Assembly (NCBI GenBank): GCA_019058315.1
Contig: JAHPZH010000002.1
Location: forward strand, 512,001 to 576,000
DNA: 64,000 nt
Direction of reading: 5' to 3'
Origin: Candidatus Helarchaeota archaeon
GTDB taxonomy: Archaea > Asgardarchaeota > Lokiarchaeia > Helarchaeales > RDOG01
Shown: positions 38,901 to 48,612 of the stretch, piece after piece
Position numbering within the stretch: position 1 is the first letter of the stretch
How the letters are laid out: the number at the start of each line of letters is the position of its first letter
Translations under genes and position numbers: made by a program
The notes under the pieces: model-generated
The model's database searches: none
What the model saw: the letters and a program-made list of their open reading frames with translations, nothing else
Told to the model about the DNA's origin: nothing

Positions 38901-41360
38901 TGTGCCGTTATCTATATCTCCATACTTTATTTGAACAGTAACATTTCTATCTATTCCTACTGGACTGGGTTGAATGAAAGTGAGATTTGTGTAGATATTG
39001 CGGATATTAATAGATATATAAATTTCTTGATTGACATGCCCAGTTTTACTTGCATTTATTTTTATTGGATAAATTCCTATCGGTTTTATAGATGTATTTA
39101 AAATTATTTGATAATGACCTGAACCAATTTCTTGAATAGTATAATAACCTAAGTCCCAATCACATTTTATAGTTGCATTAGTGATGCCTTGATTTAAGGA
39201 ATCATTATAGTTGACGTCTATGGTCACATTTGTTCCCCAAGGAACGAATAGTCCACCGATTTGTGGAGATGTTAGATTCGTAGTTTGTGTAACTTCAAGC
39301 TGAATTAAATCTTGTTTATATTGGGATTTATAATATGTCTTATTTGCGGAAACCGATACATTATATAACCCATATTGCCAACCAGCGGTATCAATTTCTT
39401 CAATATAGATCCCACCACCGTAATATTGCATAGAACCTTTTATTTCTGTCGCATTATCAATTGTATAATTCACAGTTGCCCCAATAATACCCTCTTCTTC
39501 ATTTATATCTGTATAATTTACTTTAATAAGCACTGTATCCCCAGTAAAAATAGGAGTAACTAAAGCATCTTGATCCTCAGCCCGATCTAAAGTTGTATCG
39601 TGAGTTACATCAAAATTTAAAACGATTAAGCCGACTTGGGATGCATTTCCACCATTCCATCGAATATTAACTGTATATTTGCCTGCACTTGCATTTTTAG
39701 CTCCTAAAGTAAAGGTATCAAACTCAACATATCCAGAAGAATCGGGTGATTTATTTTGAGATACTTGTTTCCATGTAGTGCCGTTTGGATAAAAAACAAG
39801 CAATGAAGCGTTTGTTTGGGTTAGATCAGGAATTAATTGATCATTTATTGTTGCATTAATTTTCATAGTATCGGAAATTTCAAAGCTAGTATTTTTTTCC
39901 CATGTGGAAATAGCCCATTTCCAAATTGTCGCGTTTAACACATAATTAGGAGCCTCGGCTATAAATTTCCATCTACCGTTAATGGCAATACTATTTGGGA
40001 TAATTAAAGTAGAATTTCCGGGACCTGAAGTCGGTAAAACATCATTAATTTTGTCATTACCGTAAGGATCAATCACTTGAGTTATATTCCAATTCACAGG
40101 CTTCGAAACATTAAAATAATAATCTATTTCATAAGTTCCTGGTATAGAAACCCCAAAATACATTGTCCATTCCGCTCTTGTTTCATTTCCTACTTTAAAT
40201 TTACTTCCTTGTAATCCAAGATCTGTGGTTGTAAAAGTAGAAGATGTAGCATTAATGAAGATATCAGTATCAATATAAACCAAACCTGATGAATTTGATG
40301 AAAAAGAAAAGTTATACTCAGAACCTCCTGCAGTTCCCAGCCAAGTATCATTAAAAGAAGAAGAACCTGTACCAGGATCACCTAAGTCTGAAATTTCTAC
40401 TGTTGTTCCATGTTCATTATCGGTTAAGTTAAGCGCAATTTGAGATGGTTTTGGAATACTTGACATTTTTAAGGTAATATTATCAAAATAAATCGATATA
40501 TTTGCAGCTGGACTAAATAAACCATTACCAAATGCAACACCAAATCGAACACTTATATTTCCTGGTGGATTAAAACCATAAAGTTCTGGATTAAATGGAA
40601 CTATTATATCTGAATACCAAGTATCATTTTCTATATCGTTTCTTAGAGAAACCAATTTGAATGCTGTTTCTACTCCATTTAAACCTATACTACAATAAAG
40701 GGAGGTACCTCCTGGTGCGTCTCTATTAACGATCCAATCAGTATCATTTGTTATTAATCTATAATTAAAATCAATAATCCAATCTTCAAATGGAATTTCA
40801 TTTCTATCAAAATTAAAAGTATAATTCCAATAAGAATCTGTATTTTGCCAGTTATTTGAGGCATTTGCGATAAATTTAAGATATATGGAGTCGTTTGAAT
40901 CAAGAGGCTCATCTAACCAGCCAAATTCCGCTAATTCTGGGTCTGAACTCGTAGTATAATTAGTCCAAGAGGTGCTATCATATCCAAAATCAAAAGTATC
41001 ATTTATCCATAACCTATCATATTCATAAATATCTGTGATGTTAAATCGAATTTTATTTGCTTCCCAATTCTCAGGAACAATTATAGATGCATTTCCAGAT
41101 TTTGATAAATTAAGCCCATTTTCTTGGAAAATTCCTCGTCCAAACTCCGTCACATTTTGATGAATTCCAACTCCCGAATATTCCGCTGAATTGGATTGAA
41201 TAGAAATAATTGGGAACTCAATATTAGATTCGGATCTATTGATAAATTGAGAGTACAAATTGTCATCATTAGATAAATTATAGGTATTTAAATTAGTAAA
41301 AATCATTATTGAGAGAAACATGAGTGTTAAAAAAAATGATTTTAATCTTTTTGTTGGCAT
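35919..41360 (-). CDS. Giant single-pass surface glycoprotein with tandem Ig-like repeats
   Basis: Signal/TM at the N-terminus, repeated LTSPQIGG...I.NAT...G.Y.I.LNT units, a Pro-rich linker, TM (LLAMIIIPMVGAIAGLSVY) and a basic cytoplasmic tail. Confidence 0.88.
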   Translation of the reverse strand: MPTKRLKSFFLTLMFLSIMIFTNLNTYNLSNDDNLYSQFINRSESNIEFPIISIQSNSAEYSGVGIHQNVTEFGRGIFQENGLNLSKSGNASIIVPENWEANKIRFNITDIYEYDRLWINDTFDFGYDSTSWTNYTTSSDPELAEFGWLDEPLDSNDSIYLKFIANASNNWQNTDSYWNYTFNFDRNEIPFEDWIIDFNYRLITNDTDWIVNRDAPGGTSLYCSIGLNGVETAFKLVSLRNDIENDTWYSDIIVPFNPELYGFNPPGNISVRFGVAFGNGLFSPAANISIYFDNITLKMSSIPKPSQIALNLTDNEHGTTVEISDLGDPGTGSSSFNDTWLGTAGGSEYNFSFSSNSSGLVYIDTDIFINATSSTFTTTDLGLQGSKFKVGNETRAEWTMYFGVSIPGTYEIDYYFNVSKPVNWNITQVIDPYGNDKINDVLPTSGPGNSTLIIPNSIAINGRWKFIAEAPNYVLNATIWKWAISTWEKNTSFEISDTMKINATINDQLIPDLTQTNASLLVFYPNGTTWKQVSQNKSPDSSGYVEFDTFTLGAKNASAGKYTVNIRWNGGNASQVGLIVLNFDVTHDTTLDRAEDQDALVTPIFTGDTVLIKVNYTDINEEEGIIGATVNYTIDNATEIKGSMQYYGGGIYIEEIDTAGWQYGLYNVSVSANKTYYKSQYKQDLIQLEVTQTTNLTSPQIGGLFVPWGTNVTIDVNYNDSLNQGITNATIKCDWDLGYYTIQEIGSGHYQIILNTSIKPIGIYPIKINASKTGHVNQEIYISINIRNIYTNLTFIQPSPVGIDRNVTVQIKYGDIDNGTLISGANITVSSDLGAQYWSLNNFSYQEISLGTYNLTFNTSVFGGGGTYVIYVTANKSNYANATTPISIFVSDRSTTLTSPQIGGLFVPWGKNITIDVNYNESLGLGISNATVKCDWDAGYYIIQEMGSGQYRIILNTTVKTIGTYTLKINASKLKYIGQEIFISINIRNIYTNITYVQPSPIGIDRNVTIQLTYGDIDNGTLISGANITVSSDFDAQYWPLNNFSYQEISPGTYNLTFNTSVFGGGGTYVIYVTANKSNYANATTPISIFVGDRTSTLTSPQIGGLFVPSGRNVTIDVYYNESLGPGISNATVKCNWNSGYYTIQEVGFGQYNITLNTTIKTIGTYTLKINASKAKYETKEIFISINIRNIYTNLTYIQPSPVGIDRNITIQLEYGDIDNGTLISNANITVSFELGAQYWPLNNYSYFEISPSGTYNLTFNTSIFGGGGTYVIYVTAYKANYANATNPISIFVVDRSTTLTSPQVGGVFVPWGRNETIEIFYNETSTQGISNATIQCNWDLGYYTIQEVGSGKYTITLNSTSKTIGTYTLKINASKSKYETREIYISINIHNIFTNLSYIQPDPVEFRSNISILISYGDTDNNTLISDANLSVSFEFGAQYWSLSNYSYFEISSSGIYNLTFNTSIFGRVGTFLIYITANKSNYANASIPISIFIELIDATLILEDLDDTYLKQNITLKLYYNDSSGKPIENANITYSEDSLGAGGFNYNSSGFYYLNLNTSNLGIGVYYIFVKANGSNLGYKIKTDTFLLKIFNIPTILTAEYNILNVTPGSSFTIRVTFEVDNSSTGWIEFIKNATVTYYWVRGEGNLTDNLDGTYEFTMDAPMTTKTYDITISAFKENYTALNIIIYLVVQLPPQEPGKEQPPLFFPPEDIRPLLAMIIIPMVGAIAGLSVYMAWYRHFRYPVIVRRMRKAIKNIKKKKTVKPFEVGSRTDLISGLVEKDFEKFQNEILIPLTGKKKGFGKMEKKAGKKK
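36880..39290 (-). repeat. Four tandem copies of a ~603-bp (~201-aa, two Ig-like domain) coding unit
   Basis: For example ataggggttgtagcgttcgcataatttgatttatttgctgtgacata occurs at 38101 and 38704, and LTSPQ(I/V)GG occurs four times. Boundaries are approximate. Confidence 0.85.
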
Positions 41361-41628
41361 TTATTTCCTTCCTTAATAAATTTTGATAATACCCACATAT
41401 TTAATGTAATTTGGGAAGAGTTTCCCCATATTTGAATTTTTAATCAGCAATTAAATTATTTATAAATGTTATAATATCTTATCAATACTAATATATAGTT
41501 TTAACGTTAAATTTTAGTTCAGAGTAAGAAAAATAAAGTTCCTCAAAAATTCTTTATTAATTATTAGAAGTGAATATATAGAGGGATTCCCGCTGCCCGA
41601 TTTAATAAGACCCGACGAAATAAATAAG

Positions 41629-42576
41629 TTGCTCGAGAATTATCTTAATATAATTGATGATATAAAAGCAACTGTCGTTGTAGACAATGATGGGCTAGTA
41701 TTTGCTTCTACTTTAAAGTCAGATTTAGAAGACTTAGTAATGAGTGCATTGACTGCACATATGCAAACACTTTCAGAAAGAATAAAACAAGAATCTGATT
41801 CCGGTTATTTTAAAAATTTGACATTAGAGATGGAAAAGCAAAAATTCATTTTTAATGAAGCAGGTCCTGAACATCTATTGCTAACTGTTGTAGATAAAGA
41901 TGCTGGAACAGATACAATTATAAAATACGCCCAAATTGTGGCAGAAAAAATTGCTAAAATATTGAATGGTGAACCAACCTCACTAAAACTTGAAAAAATT
42001 CACGAAAAACCTGTTGCAGTTGAAAAAGAAGAGCCTAAACCAATAAAAAAGTGTGTTTTTAAAGTTGTTATAGTAGGAGAACCTAGAGTAGGTAAAACTT
42101 CTTTAGTAGTCAAATTCGCAAAGGGTCGATTCGAATCAGTATATAAACCAACTTTAGGTGTTGATGTAATAAAACATTCCTATGAATATAATCCCAATGT
42201 CCATCTTATCTTTACAGCATGGGATATATCGGGACAAGCATCCTTTAAAAAACTTAGAAGGTCGTATTATCCTAATACTGAAGGATTTTTTGTTATTTAT
42301 GACACAACAGATAAAGAAAGTTTTGATAGAGTCAATGATTGGATAGAGGAAATACAACAATACGATACAAAAAATAGCATTTTTGTATTAGTTGGAAACA
42401 AAATTGATTTAGAAGACGAAAGAGTTATTTCTAAAGAGAAAGGAGATAAGAAAGCAAAAGATTTAGGAGTCTATTTTTATGAAACTTCAGCAAAAACTGG
42501 ACGAAATGTTAATGATCTTTTTTATTACTTAGGAGAAAAAATTGTTGAAAAAAGGAAAATAAAAGGTTCTGATTGA
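41629..42576 (+). CDS. Roadblock domain fused to a Rab-like small GTPase (start may be CTG 41593)
   Basis: IKATVVVDNDGLVFAS...MSAL (roadblock), then GEPRVGKT, PTLGVD, WDISGQ, GNKID and ETSAKTG. Confidence 0.9.
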   Translation: MLENYLNIIDDIKATVVVDNDGLVFASTLKSDLEDLVMSALTAHMQTLSERIKQESDSGYFKNLTLEMEKQKFIFNEAGPEHLLLTVVDKDAGTDTIIKYAQIVAEKIAKILNGEPTSLKLEKIHEKPVAVEKEEPKPIKKCVFKVVIVGEPRVGKTSLVVKFAKGRFESVYKPTLGVDVIKHSYEYNPNVHLIFTAWDISGQASFKKLRRSYYPNTEGFFVIYDTTDKESFDRVNDWIEEIQQYDTKNSIFVLVGNKIDLEDERVISKEKGDKKAKDLGVYFYETSAKTGRNVNDLFYYLGEKIVEKRKIKGSD

Positions 42577-42590
42577 TGTAGGAAAGGAAA

Positions 42591-43673
42591 TTGAATAAGC
42601 CTTATTTTTTGTATATTCTTAAAGCTTCAGGTTTATGTTTATTTTCTTATAATCTAAAAGGATACATGAGAGAATTCGAAGAATTTCTTATTACTGGATT
42701 TATTAGTGCAATTTCTACATTTTCTAGAGAATTAAATAAACAATTTGGTTATTCTGAAGAATATGGGCGATTATCTTCTATACCAATAAATGAAAATTTT
42801 GAAATTATGATTTCATATAAGCATCCATTGATTGGTGCTTTAATTGTTGGGAAGAAGGATATAGATGAGGATATGAAAAATTTTCTTGAAGAAATTATGA
42901 ACGAATTTCATTTGAAATATGAAGATAAATTTATGAAATTTGAAGGTGATATTTCAATATTTGATCCTTTTAAAGATGAAGTTGAAAGAATTTATGGAAA
43001 AATGGGCATTTTCTCATTTCAAATTCCAAAATTACAAAAGGATTATAGAAAAAGAATTGATTTTAATAAAAATGAATTTGAGCTAATTAAATTTATTGAT
43101 GGTAAAAATGATATAAAAGAAATTTCATTAAAAATGGGAAAAGAAATTGATGAAATAAAAAAACTAATTTCAACTCTATTATGGAATGAAAAGATAACAT
43201 TAAGTGAAAAGGTTTATGACGAAGATATTTATGAGCCAAAAATTAATCTATTTCATCTTATAAGAACTAAAGTTTTTACTCATGAAAAGGAAGAAATAAC
43301 AAGTTCTGAAAAAAGATCTATAGAATTTGAGGTACTTAAAACCATAGATGGATTTAAAACTGTGCATGAAATCTCGGAAGAATTTCAAAATCTATCAATT
43401 AGTGATATTAAACGAATAATTTCATTTTATTTCTCACAAGGCTATTTAGAGAAAGTGGAATTATATCCACAAATAATAAAATTGGATGATAATTTTTTAA
43501 AGAATTTTCAAAATCAAAACCTGGTTTTATGTTATAGCTTGGAAAATACTTGTAATGGGGAATTATCTCTTTTAGAAATATCAAATAGAATTGATATTCC
43601 TATTAAAGAAATTAAGAAAATGTTAGTTAATATGGGAAAGCAAGTTACTTATAAGAAAAAATATATTAAATAA
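42591..43673 (+). CDS. Longin domain with three winged-helix repeats (NPRL2-like architecture)
   Basis: LYIL..SG.CLF...LITGFISAI.TF (longin), then repeats IDGKNDIKEIS, IDGFKTVHEIS and CNGELSLLEIS. Confidence 0.75.
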   Translation: MNKPYFLYILKASGLCLFSYNLKGYMREFEEFLITGFISAISTFSRELNKQFGYSEEYGRLSSIPINENFEIMISYKHPLIGALIVGKKDIDEDMKNFLEEIMNEFHLKYEDKFMKFEGDISIFDPFKDEVERIYGKMGIFSFQIPKLQKDYRKRIDFNKNEFELIKFIDGKNDIKEISLKMGKEIDEIKKLISTLLWNEKITLSEKVYDEDIYEPKINLFHLIRTKVFTHEKEEITSSEKRSIEFEVLKTIDGFKTVHEISEEFQNLSISDIKRIISFYFSQGYLEKVELYPQIIKLDDNFLKNFQNQNLVLCYSLENTCNGELSLLEISNRIDIPIKEIKKMLVNMGKQVTYKKKYIK

Positions 43674-43872
43674 GGTTTAACATTCTAAAATTTTTATATT
43701 TGACTGCTAATTTAATAAAAATAATCAAGAAAAAGCTTAGAGAAGAACCCAATCCTTACCTTTGCAATATAATAATCTACCAGTATCCTACAATAACACA
43801 TGGGTATTACTCATTTTTATAATGAATACTTAACCACTCTTATTTAATAAGTACGCTTCATGAGGTGCCTAT

Positions 43873-45540
43873 TTGTTAAATAATGAATCAGCAATAACCT
43901 GCAATTTCTGTGGAAGTTTAAATCCAATTTATTATTGTAATAAATGTAATGTGGTTTTTTGCAGTAAGTGTAAAAAGGAAGAATTAAACAATCTGGTATT
44001 CTGCGCATATTGCGGAATTACTATTGCAAAAATCCAAAATAATGATCTAATGTCCGAACAAAAATATAAATGTCATAAATGCAGATCCAACAAATTTGTT
44101 ATTGGTCAAAAAAGGGTTAGACTATGTCCAGGTTGTAATCAAAGTAATATTTCAACTATTGCTGAGAAAAAACGTAATTTAATTGAGTCATCACGTAAAC
44201 TAATTTTTAGGTTCAGAGATGGTTACAAAGAATTATACACTTTTCTGACAAAATTAAGCCGTGTTAGAAATAAATTAATTGAACTCAGAACAAGCGGGTT
44301 TTTCCATGACCCTAAAATTGAATCATTTATCTTAAAATTGATCAGATCTATTCCACTTACAAAAAAACAAATTATGTTTAGGGTTGAACAAGATTATAAA
44401 ATTCTCAAATTACCTCTACAGAAATTTTTAGATCCATCGAAATGGACTCCTGATAAATTTTTCTTGCTTGAGGCATCTCTAAATCAAATTAAAGAGACCA
44501 TGGATGATTTTAGAAGATTTATTGACGAATTAATTGAGACTTCGAATAAGTTTTTAATAATCGCTACGAAAAAAATTAAAGCTGTGTCTTATTATAAAAA
44601 TATATATGATAAATTTGAAGGACTATTAGAAATATTACCAGGAGAATTACCTATATGCGCATTTAAAAATGTCAAATTTAAAAAATGTTCGTTTCAAGAT
44701 TTGAAAAGAAGTAAAGGTAATTTATTTTTGACTGATCGTCGTATGATTTTTCTTCGAAGGAAAGGATTAATCTTCAGAAAATACATACATCTGTTTGATT
44801 TCTTCTTAGAAGGATTTGAAAAGGTTGAATTAGTTGGAAGAGTATTTAAAAAATTGAAATTTTCATTAGAAGAGGGTAATATTAAATTTGCTGCACCTAA
44901 AAAAGTGATGCGAGCTATAAAGAATTATTTCACTATTTCCATTAATTTTGAGAAATATCGTGTAGAAGGTGAAATACCGACAGAAATTCTAGAACCTATA
45001 GATTTGAATTTATTGGATTTAAAACAAAAAATTGAATTAATCATTACTTCTTTATTAAGTTTAACACCAACTAGTTACCAAATAACAAACCCAAATCAAA
45101 TTAGTATTACATCACCAAGTGTTCAATTTAATAACTTTGAAAGAAATGATAATAACGAAAATCCTAGCAATAATATTGTATTATTTTTGCATAAAATTCA
45201 AGGGGAAGAGTTTTCATTAAGTAATACTCTTCAAAATCTAGAAGATAAATTTAATCAAGGGATCATCTCTTCTGAAGAATATTTAAAACAATTTCGTCAT
45301 TTACAATCTGAATTATTTTCAATAAGAAAAAGAATTGACCAGATCCAAAGACAAATTAATAATGATTTACCTTATAATCCAATATCGAGACCAATTAGTC
45401 AAAATTTAAGAATAGACCAAAATCCAATACAAATTAATTCAAATTTGAGAAATGTAGAAAATACAAGATGTAACAATGATGATTCTGATGAAAAAAATAA
45501 ATCTAAACCAGTTCCAATAAATATCTTCGATATGTATTGA
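43873..45540 (+). CDS. Multi-Zn-finger, coiled-coil, PH/GRAM-like and steadiness-box (Vps23/TSG101 core-like) protein
   Basis: Six CxxC motifs at the N-terminus, GNLFLTDRRMIF (GRAM/GLUE-like), and EEFSLSNTLQNLEDKFNQGIISSEEYLKQFRHLQSELFSIR. Confidence 0.7.
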   Translation: MLNNESAITCNFCGSLNPIYYCNKCNVVFCSKCKKEELNNLVFCAYCGITIAKIQNNDLMSEQKYKCHKCRSNKFVIGQKRVRLCPGCNQSNISTIAEKKRNLIESSRKLIFRFRDGYKELYTFLTKLSRVRNKLIELRTSGFFHDPKIESFILKLIRSIPLTKKQIMFRVEQDYKILKLPLQKFLDPSKWTPDKFFLLEASLNQIKETMDDFRRFIDELIETSNKFLIIATKKIKAVSYYKNIYDKFEGLLEILPGELPICAFKNVKFKKCSFQDLKRSKGNLFLTDRRMIFLRRKGLIFRKYIHLFDFFLEGFEKVELVGRVFKKLKFSLEEGNIKFAAPKKVMRAIKNYFTISINFEKYRVEGEIPTEILEPIDLNLLDLKQKIELIITSLLSLTPTSYQITNPNQISITSPSVQFNNFERNDNNENPSNNIVLFLHKIQGEEFSLSNTLQNLEDKFNQGIISSEEYLKQFRHLQSELFSIRKRIDQIQRQINNDLPYNPISRPISQNLRIDQNPIQINSNLRNVENTRCNNDDSDEKNKSKPVPINIFDMY

Positions 45541-45760
45541 TTTTATTAATTTTTTATTTTTTAAGATCCCTTTATTAGGGTTTTATCTAACTAATAGACG
45601 ATTTTTTCACCAAAACATTTTTAAATTTTCTATATTTATTCAAGGTCAATTTCTATTTAATAAAAAATAAAAATAATTTGCACCAAAATTTCTTATAATG
45701 TATTATAATTTATTGAATATTAATTAAAGATTTAGAATGAATTAGGATCCTAATCGAAAA

Positions 45761-47545
45761 ATGAGAAAAAAAATAATACTAATTTGTTTATTTTTAGGGT
45801 TTTTTTCTTTGCTATTCGTTGCAAGTTGTATTAAGAACCCATATCAGCCATTAATGAATTTTGGAATATCTTCTAATTTAGATTCTGAGGATATGAAAAC
45901 AACAGATGAACCATTACCCTATGAACCGCCGGATGCTCTTATAAATTTGGAAGTAATAAGAACGGTTTATTTTAAGCAAAGTCTAGTACATATCAACGAT
46001 TATTTTGTTGTGAAAAATAATAAAACTAATTCAAAGGACTTTATTCAAGTCGGACTTCCATATAATTTTAGGGGACAATTATATGATATTTCCGCTTCTG
46101 GAGAAAATATTGGAAAATTGCGAATAGTTGAGTTGCCATATGATGGAAGCGGATTCTCTAAATGGAATATATATTTAGATGATCCAATAAAACCTTATGA
46201 AATATTTAATTTTACGGTATCAATGATATGTTCTGATGTTGTTAACTTTAAAACCCCAACAAGCTTTTCTGGTAGTGATCCAATATATTCATACAGGTTT
46301 TATAAATATCCTTCTTCTCCTTACACTTCTTTATCAGTAGAATCAACATTTTATGCTGATAATAATGCACCAGATATAGCTAATGATTTACCATCATGGG
46401 ATTTTCAAACAAAAACAGGAACACTAACAGTAACAAATCCAATACTTGAATGCGAAATATTTAACCGAGTAATTGAGATAGATAGATGGGGATATATTTA
46501 CGTCCGAGAATATTATCAGTTAAGAAATTTAGTTTATAATAATAAAGTATCAACATTTAGTATCTTACTTCCTATTGATATAATGGAATATAAGGTATTT
46601 GACTTTTTTACTGATCTTATAGTGACTCCAATTCCAGAACCTCAAAATATGGCAATAAATATGACCATAAATTGGGATATCTCACGGTATTCTCTAGATA
46701 AAGGACAAGTCGCATACTTTTGGGTTGAATACAGAAGACCACTAGAATTGCACCATTTTGAATCAGGTTCTATAGGAAGATTTTTTTATCAATTCGAACC
46801 TGAAAGATTACCCTGGAAAACAGATCGCTTCTTAACTAGTTTTAAATTACCACCTGGTTGTTCTATCTTGTCTCATGTTCCCACTGCAACTTCTGTCTTA
46901 ACTTTAAATGGTGATATATATCTAAACTATTTAACAATTAATTCTACTCAAAACCACTATAAAGTATTCATATTTGATTATGTTATATTAGAAACTCTTC
47001 CATTTGATTTCTTTAGACCCCTACTAATAGCAGGGTTAATTTCTATTCCACTAATCTCTTTTATAATATTGAAACGAGAATTACCTCGAAAAAAAGAATT
47101 ACGGTTACGACCTACAGAAGTTCCATCTCATATAATTAGAGAATTTATTACTTTATATTCGGAAAAGAATGCTTTGTATATTGAAATAGAAAATCTTGAA
47201 GAAAACATGGCGAGAAGAAAAATTAAAAAACGTGAATACCGTAATCAACTGAAAACAATCGAGAGGAAACTATCTGATTTAAATAAAGAATTAAAGAAAT
47301 TTTCGGATGAAATTTCCGAAGCAGGAGGGCGTTATGAAAAAATTATTGAGGAACTAGAGCTTCGAGAAGCAGATTATGACATGGCTAGAGAAGCTTTAGA
47401 AGCAATAGAAAGAAGATATAGGGTTAGTCGAAGAATTAGTACTACTACTTATAGAAAATTGAAAAAGGAAGAAGAAAAAGCTCTCCAAAAATCCAAAAAA
47501 GATAAAGAAAAACTTATACAAGAACTTAGAGAACTTATGGGTTAA
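45761..47545 (+). CDS. Ribophorin I (OST1/RPN1) homologue
   Basis: Signal peptide, two beta-sandwich domains including RVIEIDRWGYIYVREYYQLRN (compare RPN1 RVIEVSHWGNIAVEE), a single TM and a cytoplasmic coiled-coil tail. Confidence 0.75.
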   Translation: MRKKIILICLFLGFFSLLFVASCIKNPYQPLMNFGISSNLDSEDMKTTDEPLPYEPPDALINLEVIRTVYFKQSLVHINDYFVVKNNKTNSKDFIQVGLPYNFRGQLYDISASGENIGKLRIVELPYDGSGFSKWNIYLDDPIKPYEIFNFTVSMICSDVVNFKTPTSFSGSDPIYSYRFYKYPSSPYTSLSVESTFYADNNAPDIANDLPSWDFQTKTGTLTVTNPILECEIFNRVIEIDRWGYIYVREYYQLRNLVYNNKVSTFSILLPIDIMEYKVFDFFTDLIVTPIPEPQNMAINMTINWDISRYSLDKGQVAYFWVEYRRPLELHHFESGSIGRFFYQFEPERLPWKTDRFLTSFKLPPGCSILSHVPTATSVLTLNGDIYLNYLTINSTQNHYKVFIFDYVILETLPFDFFRPLLIAGLISIPLISFIILKRELPRKKELRLRPTEVPSHIIREFITLYSEKNALYIEIENLEENMARRKIKKREYRNQLKTIERKLSDLNKELKKFSDEISEAGGRYEKIIEELELREADYDMAREALEAIERRYRVSRRISTTTYRKLKKEEEKALQKSKKDKEKLIQELRELMG

Positions 47546-48608
47546 TTTCCATACGTTTAATTAGATTTTCCAGAATTATTTTTGGATTTTCTAAATTTTT
47601 TAATAAATTTCTAGTATTTTTTTTATATTTTTTAGGATTATTTAATATATTTTGGATTAATTCAAACATATCATTAAAATTTTTTAAATGCCAAATGGGG
47701 AAGTCTCTTTCTTTTAGAAATATTTCAATGTCAAGAGTCAGAGGAAAATAAGAAATTGCCGGAATTCCTAATAATGCTGCTTCCCTTTCCATCGTTGCAC
47801 CACCACTAATAACAAGATCTGCAAAAGATATTAGGTTAGGACCATCAATCGCTTTAGTTGGAATAATTATTTGTTCTTTAAATTTTTCATTTAATAATTC
47901 AAATTGAATTGGATATCTTGTAAAGACTATAATTTGTGAATGTTCAAATTTTTCAAGAATAAATTCAATAATTCTAGAGGAGAGGGTTTGGTTTTTTGTC
48001 TCACTCAATAAATATGCCGCATGAGTTTCCCTTGGTCTTAATATAATTATTTTTTTATCTTTTTCCAAATTAAGAGTTTTTAAAATTGATTCATCTTGTT
48101 CTAAATCTGTTATCCATGCTATTTCATCAATACCGTTGAATTGAATTATATTTTCTGCTTCTACCCCAAACTTTAAAAATTTATCTTTAGGAACACAAGA
48201 AGGTGTAATAATGAATTTTGATAGTGGAATTACTAACTTGTTAACTGCAGTTGCATGGGGTGCATCATCGAAGCAGATATGCGGAATTCCAAGACCAAAA
48301 GCTACTCTTGAAGCTTCTACCGAACATAAGGAAATGCAAACATCTGGTATTGAAGATAGAGACAATATAAAATCTGTTAATTCCAATATTCTTTTTGTAC
48401 TAGCTTTTAATTTTCCCTCGAGAGTTCCGCCTCCGTGTTCACCTATTGGAACGAAATCTATCTCTCTTAATTGAAGTAATTCAATATTTTTATCATAATT
48501 TCGTGCAGTTATGATAACATCAAAACCTTTATTCTTCAAATATTTCTGGATAGAACCTAAAAGCCACACCTCTTTAGGTGTCATTATATCAAACCAAAGT
48601 AAAGTCAT
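47535..48608 (-). CDS. DUF354 family GT-B fold protein
   Basis: WFDI.TPK, ITAR, IGEHGG.....KL, EASRVAFGLGIP, GGATM.REAALLG.P.IS. Confidence 0.85.
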   Translation of the reverse strand: MTLLWFDIMTPKEVWLLGSIQKYLKNKGFDVIITARNYDKNIELLQLREIDFVPIGEHGGGTLEGKLKASTKRILELTDFILSLSSIPDVCISLCSVEASRVAFGLGIPHICFDDAPHATAVNKLVIPLSKFIITPSCVPKDKFLKFGVEAENIIQFNGIDEIAWITDLEQDESILKTLNLEKDKKIIILRPRETHAAYLLSETKNQTLSSRIIEFILEKFEHSQIIVFTRYPIQFELLNEKFKEQIIIPTKAIDGPNLISFADLVISGGATMEREAALLGIPAISYFPLTLDIEIFLKERDFPIWHLKNFNDMFELIQNILNNPKKYKKNTRNLLKNLENPKIILENLIKRMEINP

Positions 48609-48612
48609 GAAA

